From contig JACPFP010000003.1 in the NCBI GenBank assembly GCA_016182915.1, positions 456,390-506,665 of the forward strand: 50,276 nucleotides of DNA. The letters run 5' to 3'. The notes beneath the pieces were generated by a model that ran no database searches, had not been told where the DNA came from, and saw only the letters and a program-made list of their open reading frames with translations. Positions 36,286-45,362 of this stretch are shown here, one piece after another. This DNA comes from Candidatus Dojkabacteria bacterium (GTDB lineage Bacteria; Patescibacteriota; Dojkabacteria; SC72). Position numbers and translations under genes: made by a program. How positions within the stretch are numbered: position 1 is the first letter of the stretch; each line of letters starts with the position of its first letter.

Positions 36286-36642
36286 TTATATTTTGATAAT
36301 AGGATCCTTAGAAAGAAGAGAATATATAGAAAGAATATCATCAACTAAAACCTCTTTCTCTCTTGAGAATTTACTTATCTCATCAACTGTAAGGTCACTA
36401 TTTACTGGCATTCTACTGCTAACCCCCAATGGTTTTACGAAAGTTGCAATGTGACGGGATTTACAATTATTACAACTGAAGTGTATAATGCTCGAGAAAT
36501 CATTTTCTTTTATAATTTGCAGATTATCAACGCTATAAGGGCTACCACACTTATCGCAAAACTTAGCAATCGTTTCGATAAAGAACTTAAGATGATCAGA
36601 ATTATTTTTTTGTTTATCTTTATTTCCTCTCTTATTAGTCAT
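36286..36642 (-). CDS. Small Zn-ribbon protein (CxxC...CxxC)
   Basis: FCDKCG and FSCNNCKS; ATG at 36642 chosen because TG-G-TATAAT lies 6 nt upstream and the longer ORF would overlap rpoD. Confidence 0.75.
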   Translation of the reverse strand: MTNKRGNKDKQKNNSDHLKFFIETIAKFCDKCGSPYSVDNLQIIKENDFSSIIHFSCNNCKSRHIATFVKPLGVSSRMPVNSDLTVDEISKFSREKEVLVDDILSIYSLLSKDPIIKI

Positions 36643-36669
36643 ACATAAATTATACCACAGAAAATAGAT

Positions 36670-37758
36670 ATGAAAGCGGACGCAAACAATCTCGCAATTA
36701 AGAAACTTATTGAGAAAGGCCAAGAACAAGGTTTCTTGAATCAGGATGATATACTTGCCCAGCTTCCTACATTAGAAGAAGATATTGAGCTTCTTGATAA
36801 CGTTTTTCAAAAATTGCAACAAGAGGGAATTGAAGTAATCGAAACTGAGGAAGAAACACAGGCCGCATCTGAGGAAGATCTAACCCTTGAGAAAAAGATT
36901 AGAATTCTTAAAACCATCCAGTCAAACCTTTCAACAGATGCAATAAGGTCATATCTATATGAAATTGGTAAAATCCCTTTACTTACTGGAGCAGAAGAAG
37001 TAATTCTGGCAAAGAGACTTGAGGCCGGAGAAAGAGAGGCATCCCAACTACTTATAACTGCAAATCTAAGACTCGTAGTAAGTATTGCAAAGAAATATGC
37101 AAAAAGTGGTCTAGAGCTTCTCGACCTTATTCAGGAGGGAAACATGGGATTGATGAGGGCGGTTGAAAAATTTGATTACCTAAGAGGGTTCAAGTTCTCA
37201 ACTTATGCAACATGGTGGATTAGACAGGCAATTACAAGAGCAATTGCGGACCAGGCAAGAACTATCAGAATTCCAGTCCATATGATTGAAACTATCAATA
37301 AGTTCAATAAGATTAATTCCACATTAACAACAAAGCTAGGAAGAAAACCAACGGACTTAGAGATTGCAAAAGAAATGGACATTGAGATTGAAAAGGTTGT
37401 TGAAATTAGAAAGATTTCACAGAATCCATCCTCACTTCAAACACCTATTGGTGATGAGAAAGATAGCCAGCTTCTCGATATTATCCCTGATGACTGGTCA
37501 CAGTCTCCAGAGGAGTATGCAACTCTTGAATATTTAAAGAACCAGATTCATGAAATTCTAGACTCCCTCCAAGAGAGAGAAAGGAGAGTCCTATCTTTGA
37601 GATTTGGATTAGAGGATGGTGTAACAAGAACTCTTGAAGAGGTCGGGAAAGAATTCGGAGTGACAAGAGAGAGAATTAGACAGATAGAAGCAAAAGCACT
37701 TAAGAAATTAAAAGAGAAATCTACATCAAAGAAGTTAAATAACTATATAAATAGTTAG
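36670..37758 (+). CDS. rpoD: Primary sigma factor RpoD/SigA
   Basis: Region 1.1, [43 protein letters not shown] and [10 protein letters not shown] motifs. Confidence 0.98.
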   Translation: MKADANNLAIKKLIEKGQEQGFLNQDDILAQLPTLEEDIELLDNVFQKLQQEGIEVIETEEETQAASEEDLTLEKKIRILKTIQSNLSTDAIRSYLYEIGKIPLLTGAEEVILAKRLEAGEREASQLLITANLRLVVSIAKKYAKSGLELLDLIQEGNMGLMRAVEKFDYLRGFKFSTYATWWIRQAITRAIADQARTIRIPVHMIETINKFNKINSTLTTKLGRKPTDLEIAKEMDIEIEKVVEIRKISQNPSSLQTPIGDEKDSQLLDIIPDDWSQSPEEYATLEYLKNQIHEILDSLQERERRVLSLRFGLEDGVTRTLEEVGKEFGVTRERIRQIEAKALKKLKEKSTSKKLNNYINS

Positions 37759-38009
37759 TTTTGAGTCTCAAGAGTAGCTTTACCTATAATACTTAGGAAC
37801 TCATCAGGAGAAACAGGAAGGTTCTCCTGTACTTTCTCCTTCATCTCTGTTAGACCTTTAGTATCAAAAGTCGGGTTAATACCCTGCATATAACTAGTTG
37901 CGTTCGGATCAATATCCAACTCACTACTTTCAAAGTAAATACCTAGCCCAATCCAGGCCACACAGACAATCAGGAGAAGTATTAATACTGGTAATGCATT
38001 TAGTTTCAT
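37755..38009 (-). CDS. Small membrane-anchored protein in the PilP position
   Basis: N-terminal TM; third gene of a tightly coupled pilN-pilO-like operon. Confidence 0.6.
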   Translation of the reverse strand: MKLNALPVLILLLIVCVAWIGLGIYFESSELDIDPNATSYMQGINPTFDTKGLTEMKEKVQENLPVSPDEFLSIIGKATLETQN

Positions 38010-38012
38010 AAT

Positions 38013-38615
38013 CTAATCAATATAAAATTTAGGGTCATCAATTCTAAATATTAACAGCTCAACGCTATATTGTGTTAATCTAGTTTCTCTATCTGCTTCT
38101 CCAAAGTTCAGTTTGTTGACAACAGGGTACATAGGCATAGACTCATACGCCTTTAGAAGTTTAACAATATTCGATCTATTACCTACCACTGTAAGTCTAA
38201 CACTCCATGGTTTCAAGGTAGTAAGATTCATATCAAACTCACTATCACCACCAAAAGTTATGTGACTTAATGTATACCCATTTGCCTTTGAAATATCTTC
38301 TACATTGGACATAAAGAGGCTGAAGTTGCCATGTGTGGGAAAGAGAAGTGGAAGAGCTTTTGCATCAAAACTAATATTCGAGTATAAGTTACTCAAAGTT
38401 CCTAAGTTATCAAGTTTAAGATCTAACTGCTCATTAATATATTTTTTATCCTTTATATCCTTGTTAATCTTTGTAATAGTGAGAAGGGTTGGCCTAATAG
38501 CTCCAATAAGTAGGATAATAACGACAATAATCGTAAAAATGGCAAAGCTATACGTCTTGTTTTGTATAGAGCTATTAATAATTTTTAAGTAGTCCAATCT
38601 CTTAGTCTCTGCCAT
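38013..38615 (-). CDS. pilO: Type IV pilus assembly PilO-like protein
   Basis: TM ending AIRPT, coiled coil, then ferredoxin-like domain (LTVVG...VKLLKAYESM). Confidence 0.7.
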   Translation of the reverse strand: MAETKRLDYLKIINSSIQNKTYSFAIFTIIVVIILLIGAIRPTLLTITKINKDIKDKKYINEQLDLKLDNLGTLSNLYSNISFDAKALPLLFPTHGNFSLFMSNVEDISKANGYTLSHITFGGDSEFDMNLTTLKPWSVRLTVVGNRSNIVKLLKAYESMPMYPVVNKLNFGEADRETRLTQYSVELLIFRIDDPKFYID

Positions 38616-39184
38616 TATTTTTTGTCTTCATCCGAAATTAACGAGAATGAAACCCCTACATCATATACCGTTTGGTTGGCGCCTGATTTAGAAACCGTAA
38701 CGCTAACATCCTTATATCTTGTATCCTGTCTGAGTGAGAATTCATAGTCACGAATATCTTTTATTTCATCCCCTGTTAAAAAGAGAGATATCTTTGTTCC
38801 ACTGAACGAGAACTTATCTAACGTTAATTCCTCAGGGATAGAGCTCAGTAGAAGGGATATCTCTTCTGAGTTAAGTAGCTGATTATTGCTTAGCTTTGTT
38901 ATATCATTAAGAAGTAACTGAGTATTTCTAAATTTAATTTCCTGATTTCGAAGACTTTCATTTGAGAGTATAAATGCTTTATCGTTAATCTCTTCTGTTA
39001 GGTCGTGATTCTGTTTATCCAAGATAAACCTTGAGAAAAACACTACTAGAACAATCACTTCAATACTCAACATAAGATATCTACCGACATTGAAAACCCA
39101 ATTATAAATCACACTCCAGGTATCACTGGGTGTACCAATAGGCTCAAGGAGGTTTATTGTTCTTCTATTAACTTTTGATGGCAT
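38615..39184 (-). CDS. pilN: Type IV pilus assembly PilN-like protein
   Basis: INLL motif before the TM, coiled coil, IPEELTL..FS and YKDV.V; one-base overlap with pilO. Confidence 0.72.
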   Translation of the reverse strand: MPSKVNRRTINLLEPIGTPSDTWSVIYNWVFNVGRYLMLSIEVIVLVVFFSRFILDKQNHDLTEEINDKAFILSNESLRNQEIKFRNTQLLLNDITKLSNNQLLNSEEISLLLSSIPEELTLDKFSFSGTKISLFLTGDEIKDIRDYEFSLRQDTRYKDVSVTVSKSGANQTVYDVGVSFSLISDEDKK

Positions 39185-39242
39185 TGGGCAGTGTCACGAC
39201 ATTTTATAGCTACTAATACAGAATATATTGTATAATGCAATT

Positions 39243-41015
39243 ATGCAAGTTACAAATAACAAGCAGGAAAAAATATTTATAGGAGTTTCATGGCCTTATG
39301 CAAATGGGAATATCCACCTTGGGCATCTTGCCGGCCAAAATGTTGTAACTGATGTATTTGCAAGATATCACAGGCTTAAAGGAAACAGCGTTTTAATGGT
39401 ATCTGGAAGTGACAGCCATGGTGCACCAATTTTAACTAAGGCAGAAGAAAGAGGGATACCTCCTGAGCAACTAGTTGAGGAATCTCATGCAAAGATAGTT
39501 GAGACGTTTAAAAAGCTCGGTTTCCTCTACGAGAACTACACCAAAACGACTACAGAGAATCATAAAATTGTAGTGCAAAATATATTCAACGTACTTAACG
39601 AATTGGGATATCTAGAAGTAAAAGAGACAGAGCAATATTATGATGGAAAAGTTAAAAGATTTCTTCCGGATAGATACGTAAAAGGGACATGCCCGAACTG
39701 TAAAGCAACAAACGCAAGAGGAGACGAGTGCCCTGAGTGTGGAGCATATCTAAATCCAACCGATCTTATTGATCCATACAGTACCCTTTCAGACGCCAAA
39801 CCAAAATTAAAAAAGACTAAGCACTTCTACCTCAATCTATCAAAACTTCAACCAGAAATTTCAAAGTGGGTGAAAGCAAGCGACAAGCCTTGGAGGAAAT
39901 GGGTAAGAGAATTTACAAGGGGGTGGTTAAAACAAGGGCTAGAGCCTAGAGCCGTAACAAGAGACCTCACGTTTGGAGTTAAGGTGCCAATTGAAGGATG
40001 GGAGGATAAAGTTATCTATGTTTGGATTGAAGCTGTTGTTGGATACCTGTCTGCAGCCATTGAGTGGGCAGAGAAGCAGGGATCACCATCTCTCTGGGAA
40101 AGCTTCTGGAAGGATGAGTCTGCCAAACACTATTACTTTGTTGCAGGAGGTAATGTTCCTTTCCACACAGTAATGTGGCCAGCAGAGATTGTTGCATATA
40201 ATGAAAAATATGGAAATTCTGAACTTCGAGAGAAATATAAACTGCCAGGAGAAACATCTAGCAAACCTTTAAACCTTCCTTTCGATGTTCCTGCAAATAA
40301 GATGTTGCTGTACAAAGGGAAGAAAATGTCTAAAGGAGATGGAACAGGTATTAATCTCGATGCGGTTATAGATAAGTACAATCCTGATCTATTAAGGTAC
40401 TTTTTTGTGAGGTATGCTCCAGAGAATCACGATAGGGAATATACCTGGAAGGACTTTATAGATTCAAACAACAATGAACTGGTTGCAAATATCGGCAATT
40501 TCATAAACAGAGTCCTCACCTTCACAGAGAATAAATTCGATGGGGTAGTTCCTGAAGGATACCTCGAGGATGATGTGAGGGAGGCAATACAGAGCACCTT
40601 TAAAAAGGTAGGGAAAAGCATCGAAGCGTGTAAATTTGTACAATCAATAGAGTATATCCTTGAGCTTGGTAAGTTCGCTAACAAGTATTTTAATGACCAA
40701 GCACCTTGGGAGAGGATAAAATCAGATAAGGAGATTGCAGGAAATACCATCTATAATAACGTTCAGATAGTAAACGCTCTAAGAACTCTCATAAAACCAT
40801 ACCTTCCATTTGCATCAAGGAATATATCAACGTTCTTAAATATCAAAGATGAGTACGATCAAAATGAAGAATTAGAGGCAAATGGGTACGTAAGTAAGGT
40901 AGTGAATAACTGGAACTTTACGGAAATACCAGCAGGTACGAAACTAAACAAGGCAAATATTCTTTTCGAGAAGCTTGAATATGGTGATGAGTTAAAGGGA
41001 GTAGATGAAGGATAA
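39243..41015 (+). CDS. metG: Methionyl-tRNA synthetase (no C-terminal dimerisation domain)
   Basis: WPYANGNIHLGH, GSDSHG, two CxxC knuckles, YVWIEA and KMSK; ATG at 39243. Confidence 0.96.
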   Translation: MQVTNNKQEKIFIGVSWPYANGNIHLGHLAGQNVVTDVFARYHRLKGNSVLMVSGSDSHGAPILTKAEERGIPPEQLVEESHAKIVETFKKLGFLYENYTKTTTENHKIVVQNIFNVLNELGYLEVKETEQYYDGKVKRFLPDRYVKGTCPNCKATNARGDECPECGAYLNPTDLIDPYSTLSDAKPKLKKTKHFYLNLSKLQPEISKWVKASDKPWRKWVREFTRGWLKQGLEPRAVTRDLTFGVKVPIEGWEDKVIYVWIEAVVGYLSAAIEWAEKQGSPSLWESFWKDESAKHYYFVAGGNVPFHTVMWPAEIVAYNEKYGNSELREKYKLPGETSSKPLNLPFDVPANKMLLYKGKKMSKGDGTGINLDAVIDKYNPDLLRYFFVRYAPENHDREYTWKDFIDSNNNELVANIGNFINRVLTFTENKFDGVVPEGYLEDDVREAIQSTFKKVGKSIEACKFVQSIEYILELGKFANKYFNDQAPWERIKSDKEIAGNTIYNNVQIVNALRTLIKPYLPFASRNISTFLNIKDEYDQNEELEANGYVSKVVNNWNFTEIPAGTKLNKANILFEKLEYGDELKGVDEG

Positions 41016-41040
41016 TGAATTTAAGAGCACACCTTAGGAT

Positions 41041-41487
41041 TTAGAATATCTGCTCATCAACTGGTAAAGGAAGACAACCTTCTCCAGAAGAGAAGCCATA
41101 GCTTACAACTCCATTCTGATCGATATCAACGACTAAAATGTAGCCTCCATCTTCCCCTGGAGCTGACACCGCATATCTTCCCGGATCTTCAGTTGTAACA
41201 CTCCCTTCTGCAATAGCCTCATCTCCTCTAAAAGTATATACATAAAGACGGCCGGGTCTAGTTTGTAAGGAGTATAAAAGGCCATTTTCTGGGTTAAAAG
41301 TTTCTGTATAAATATAATCCTGCAAAGTTTTCATATTGAAAACCTCACCATTTGCACATAATCTACTATCAAATTTCTGGGATTGGATTCCTCCTTTGAA
41401 TCCACTACCCTCAGAATTAGCAGTTCCACAGGCCGAAAGAACTAGACTTGCAATCATAGTTGTGCGAAGTAGTGGATTAGGCCTCAT
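41041..41487 (-). CDS. Hypothetical lipoprotein
   Basis: Signal peptide with lipobox LSA-C at residue 20. Confidence 0.65.
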   Translation of the reverse strand: MRPNPLLRTTMIASLVLSACGTANSEGSGFKGGIQSQKFDSRLCANGEVFNMKTLQDYIYTETFNPENGLLYSLQTRPGRLYVYTFRGDEAIAEGSVTTEDPGRYAVSAPGEDGGYILVVDIDQNGVVSYGFSSGEGCLPLPVDEQIF

Positions 41488-41542
41488 TTTTGTAAAATAA
41501 TAAATAATTGTTGATTATAACCTATAACATGGTTTTTGAAAA

Positions 41543-41926
41543 CTAATCCCCAAGCTCTTTAATCTCAACATCAACCTTTTTTTGCCCATACTCTCGGAAT
41601 AGGGTATGAATCTGATCAGAAATTTCAGCCGAGTCAGTTTTATCCCATACCTCTATACCCAATTCCATGCCATCGGGAGGGGTGGCGGTTACAAGAATAA
41701 AACGAATCTCATGGGGTAAGTTTCCAACAAGACTTAAGACTTCCTTCCATTTCTTATGTAATCCATCGCAAAGCACCGTATCAATTTGACTACTATAGTC
41801 GTTAAGAACGTCTCTAACCGCATCATTATCAAGGTAGAAAAGTGGGAGAAATTCGGCTCCCAGTTTTGTTGCTTGCTCGGATGTTTGCTTTAGTACACTT
41901 TCATCATCATCTATAATTAGAATCAT
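41543..41926 (-). CDS. Stand-alone response-regulator receiver (CheY-like) domain
   Basis: ILIIDDD, VLCD (phosphoacceptor), ILVT and WDK match REC spacing; ATG at 41926. Confidence 0.65.
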   Translation of the reverse strand: MILIIDDDESVLKQTSEQATKLGAEFLPLFYLDNDAVRDVLNDYSSQIDTVLCDGLHKKWKEVLSLVGNLPHEIRFILVTATPPDGMELGIEVWDKTDSAEISDQIHTLFREYGQKKVDVEIKELGD

Positions 41927-41970
41927 TCGTATAAACAATCAATTTATATTATTCCCTATTGCTAGAGTAA

Positions 41971-42333
41971 TTAATCTTTTGCCTCTATATTTCTTGGCAT
42001 ACTTTCTTTCCACTCTCCAATAATAGTAATTAACCTTCTTGGTTCTATATTGTTAATATAGTGGTCCGATCCAAAACGCTCACTATAGCTATAATCTATT
42101 CCAGAGTAGACTGCCCACCCTTTACCAGAGTCTTGAGCAACCTCAACCATATCTGAAAGATTAGGAATGGAACCTCCTATTAGTACTCCAGCAACATCAT
42201 CTTCACGAACTAAGGTGCCAAGAGCTTCCTCATCGCCACTACTGAATAGCTGAAGTTCAATATTTGCAAGCTTGGTGACGGGAACAATATTTTGATACTG
42301 ATCCACACTTGTATGTACAAATATAACTTTCAT
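41971..42333 (-). CDS. Hypothetical protein, possible degenerate receiver-like fold
   Basis: KVIFV..., AGVLIGG and AVYSG give an alternating beta/alpha pattern like REC but without the acidic residues. Confidence 0.5.
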   Translation of the reverse strand: MKVIFVHTSVDQYQNIVPVTKLANIELQLFSSGDEEALGTLVREDDVAGVLIGGSIPNLSDMVEVAQDSGKGWAVYSGIDYSYSERFGSDHYINNIEPRRLITIIGEWKESMPRNIEAKD

Positions 42334-42350
42334 ACGTAAAAATTATTAAT

Positions 42351-44660
42351 TTATATCTGCTCAATCATTAATATACCATCTGCAAGCCCTAACCCTACAA
42401 GTTCCTGCCATACAGATTCCGTAATATATGGGATAAATGGATGCATAATCTTCAAATTCTCTTTGAGAAGATAAACAAGCTCAGAAAGAAGTTCTATTCT
42501 CTTCTCTGAATTTACCTTCTCATCCTTAATTGCACCCTTTACCTCTTCAATCCACTTATCACAGTATTCATGCCAGAAGAACTCTCTAATATCCTCTGTA
42601 CCAAGATTGTACTGATGCTTCCCCAAATATCTTTTTACTCTCGCAATATGAGCGTTACTCTGTGTAACTCTCTCTGACTTTATATTTCCTTCTGCAAGCC
42701 TCTTTGAAATCTCCAAAATCTCTGAATCATCAATATTCATCAGTACAAATCTACTCGCATTCCATATCTTATTTATGAAATTTCTATTTCCTTTAATCTT
42801 CTCCTCTCGAAGTGGTGCATTTGCACCTGGTAGAGCATCGGAGTAGTACCAGAGACGAAGGGAATCAACTCCATATCTATCGAAAAGTTCTATCGGCGAA
42901 ACAGTATTACCCTTGGATTTTGACATCTTTGAACCATCAGGCGCATTGATTATTCCATGTAGAAAAACTGTATGGAAAGGAGTCTTCCCAGTTCTGTAAA
43001 GACTTAACATCATCATTCTTGCACTCCACCAGAAAAGAATATCCCTTCCGTGTACCATAACATCTGTAGGGTAGTATTCATCGAAACCATTAATACTCAT
43101 TGTAGTTGAGAATGGCCACTGACCTGAACTAAACCAGGTATCAAACACATCACTCTCTGATTCAAACTCAAGGTTCTTCTCGTTCTCCCAATCGGGATCT
43201 ACCTCAGGTTTCTCAACCGATGCAAATACCTTTCCACTTCCATGGGCTTCCTTCCCAACCTCTTTCTCAAAATCTTGCGTTGTCTTTCCTGGATTATCTG
43301 CTAGCCAATCATGAAGCTCCTTGCTTCCGCTATACCAGATAGGGATTCTATGTCCCCACCAAAGTTGTCTTGAAATACACCATGGTTCAATATTTTCAAA
43401 GAAATATGTTAGGGCCTTCTGCTGACCATCAGGTATAACCTTGGTATCTCCTTTCTTTAATGCCTCAAGAGCTTTCTGTGCTAATGGTTTTGTATTTACA
43501 TACCACTGGAAGGAGATTATTGGTTGAATTGGGGTATCGCATCTCTCACATACAGCAACCTCATGTTTTATCCTTTCCAATTTTACAAAGAGGCCCAGTT
43601 CATCGAGTTCTTTCACAAGAGCTTTTGAACATTCAAGTGTATCCATTCCTAAAAATCTCTCAGGAATATTTCCACTCATCTTTCCTTCCTCATTGATTAC
43701 GTTGATAATCTCAAGATTATTTCTCTTCGCAATCTCAAAATCGACAGGGGAGTGGGCAGGAGTTACCTTCAACGCTCCGGTTCCAGTTTCAATATCAATA
43801 TCATCATCCGTTATAATAGGTATCTCTCTATTGGCGATTGGAAGAAGAACTTTCTTACCAACAAATTCTTTATATCTATCGTCTTTAGGGCTTACTGCTA
43901 CAGCTGTATCTCCCAACATAGTTTCAGGGCGAGTAGTGGCAACGGTAATTCCCTCAACTCCAAATTTATCCTTAGCTCTCTTTTTATCTTCTTCTTCTAC
44001 AAATGGATATACAATGTATGCGAATATCCCAGGAAGTTCTTTATGGTATGTATCAATATCTGCAAGAGCCGTTCTACAGTTTGGACACTGGTTTATAATT
44101 CTCTTATCTCTATATATTAGTCCGTCATTTAACATTCTAAAGAAGGTGTCGTACACAACAGATGTTAATCTAGGGTCCAGAGTGAAGAATTCTCTATCCC
44201 AATCTGTGGAAAGCCCGATTCGTTTCTCCTGACTCCTAGCATTGTTAGACGCATTTAGACAGAACTCGTAGCAACGTTTATTGAACTCATCCCTTCCTAA
44301 ATCCCATTTATCTATACCCTCTGATCTAAGAATTTTTGTATAAACGCTCTCTGTTTGTATACCAGCATGATCTTTACCTGCGATTAGTAGGGTTGGGTGG
44401 CCTGTCATCCTATTAAACCTTGCCATTGCATCATGAAATGAGTATCCGCATGTATGTCCCATATGTAGATCTCCGTTTGCATTAGGAGGGGGGAGGGTCA
44501 TGACAAAAGGTTTCTTAATCTCTTTATTGGATTTCTCAAGATATTCCTTTACGTTTTCAGGTTTGAAATATCCACTATCTTCCCAAAGTTTATACATTTT
44601 CTCTTCCTGACTCTTTGAATCAAACGCTTTTGGTATTAGCTCTGCTTTACTGCTTTCCAT
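42351..44660 (-). CDS. valS: Valyl-tRNA synthetase (lacks the C-terminal coiled coil)
   Basis: PPPNANGDLHMGH, DHAGIQT, ATTRPETMLGD, WCISRQLWWGH, DTWFSS and KMSKSKGN motifs. Confidence 0.98.
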   Translation of the reverse strand: MESSKAELIPKAFDSKSQEEKMYKLWEDSGYFKPENVKEYLEKSNKEIKKPFVMTLPPPNANGDLHMGHTCGYSFHDAMARFNRMTGHPTLLIAGKDHAGIQTESVYTKILRSEGIDKWDLGRDEFNKRCYEFCLNASNNARSQEKRIGLSTDWDREFFTLDPRLTSVVYDTFFRMLNDGLIYRDKRIINQCPNCRTALADIDTYHKELPGIFAYIVYPFVEEEDKKRAKDKFGVEGITVATTRPETMLGDTAVAVSPKDDRYKEFVGKKVLLPIANREIPIITDDDIDIETGTGALKVTPAHSPVDFEIAKRNNLEIINVINEEGKMSGNIPERFLGMDTLECSKALVKELDELGLFVKLERIKHEVAVCERCDTPIQPIISFQWYVNTKPLAQKALEALKKGDTKVIPDGQQKALTYFFENIEPWCISRQLWWGHRIPIWYSGSKELHDWLADNPGKTTQDFEKEVGKEAHGSGKVFASVEKPEVDPDWENEKNLEFESESDVFDTWFSSGQWPFSTTMSINGFDEYYPTDVMVHGRDILFWWSARMMMLSLYRTGKTPFHTVFLHGIINAPDGSKMSKSKGNTVSPIELFDRYGVDSLRLWYYSDALPGANAPLREEKIKGNRNFINKIWNASRFVLMNIDDSEILEISKRLAEGNIKSERVTQSNAHIARVKRYLGKHQYNLGTEDIREFFWHEYCDKWIEEVKGAIKDEKVNSEKRIELLSELVYLLKENLKIMHPFIPYITESVWQELVGLGLADGILMIEQI

Positions 44661-44683
44661 TTATATTTAATGTTAGGTTAAAT

Positions 44684-44737
44684 AAAAAGCCCTCATCTAA
44701 ATAAAAATATACTATATATTTATACTTAGATAAGGAC
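44684..44737 (-). terminator. T-box attenuator terminator
   Basis: Minus strand GTCCTTATCTAAGTA...TATTTAGATGAGGGC followed by TTTTT; overlaps the 3' arm of the antiterminator. Confidence 0.85.
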
Positions 44738-44912
44738 GGATATTCCGTGGTACCACCTTATTTCCCTATATTATTACTAATACAGACTTTGTCCCATACT
44801 TTTTAATATGGAGATGCATTTACAGTACATCTTCTGATGAGTTCTACTAAGTTAGTATTAATACTAACTTTTCTTCTCATACCTCCAGAGTGACTGGCTC
44901 TGTACAATCGGT
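44684..44912 (-). ncRNA. T-box riboswitch of valS (Val specifier GUC, ultrashort Stem I)
   Basis: T-box AAATAAGGTGGTACCACGG; antiterminator AUAAGG-UGGUACC-ACGG/CCGU-CCUUAU; Stem II with AAGAA and AGUAGAA; Stem I cagag-ccaGUCa-cucug-GA. Confidence 0.9.
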
Positions 44913-44918
44913 TAGGGA

Positions 44919-44948
44919 ATTATAGCAAAAAAAGCGGTAGCATTACAA
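44919..44948 (-). promoter_or_regulatory. Promoter of the valS T-box leader
   Basis: TG-C-TATAAT at 44927-44919, 6 nt before Stem I; TTGTAA 18 nt further upstream. Confidence 0.75.
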
Positions 44949-45293
44949 ATCTTCTTCTTCACTGCTTCTAAATGCACCTAAAAGGTCATAGTATATCTTT
45001 TTATCATCGGCATATACTTCATCTTCCGAAACATATTCTACATTTTCAGAAAGAACTAATACAGAAATTACCCGAATAGAATCATTTCGATAAGGATTTA
45101 AATGAAGAATCAAAGAATAGACATCTCCTTCGGGGTCACGATCGATTGCTATGACTATTCCATAGCTACCAGGATCTACAATGTACTCACCAAACTGATA
45201 TGGATCGCTTGAATCAGGAAGTTTAACAAAACTCCCTGGTACGATACCTTCACTCTCACTCGTACGTTTTTCTTTTTTTCTTTTTTCTGGCAT
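44943..45293 (-). CDS. Hypothetical small acidic protein, possibly an SH3-like beta barrel
   Basis: 116 aa ORF with ATG; IVPGSFVK...PGSYGIVIAI pattern. No recognised family. Confidence 0.6.
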   Translation of the reverse strand: MPEKRKKEKRTSESEGIVPGSFVKLPDSSDPYQFGEYIVDPGSYGIVIAIDRDPEGDVYSLILHLNPYRNDSIRVISVLVLSENVEYVSEDEVYADDKKIYYDLLGAFRSSEEEDL

Positions 45294-45362
45294 TAGTGCA
45301 CTAACTGAGTATTAATTAGAAATACTTATAACTGGATCAAGTGCGAAGGAAGCGCAAGTTCT

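Noticed and set aside
36643-36729. Extended N-terminus of the 147 aa Zn-ribbon ORF
   Set aside because: Would overlap rpoD head-to-head; the ATG at 36642 with an adjacent -10 box is more plausible.
39185-39242. Possible T-box or SAM riboswitch before metG
   Set aside because: Only 58 nt, holding divergent -10 boxes; no T-box or S-box motif.
43693-44232. 179 aa and 122 aa + strand ORFs
   Set aside because: Antisense to valS with no coding hallmarks.
44845-44872. Perfect palindrome AAGTTAGTATTAATACTAACTT as an operator or mobile-element end
   Set aside because: Better explained as the upper helix of T-box Stem II.
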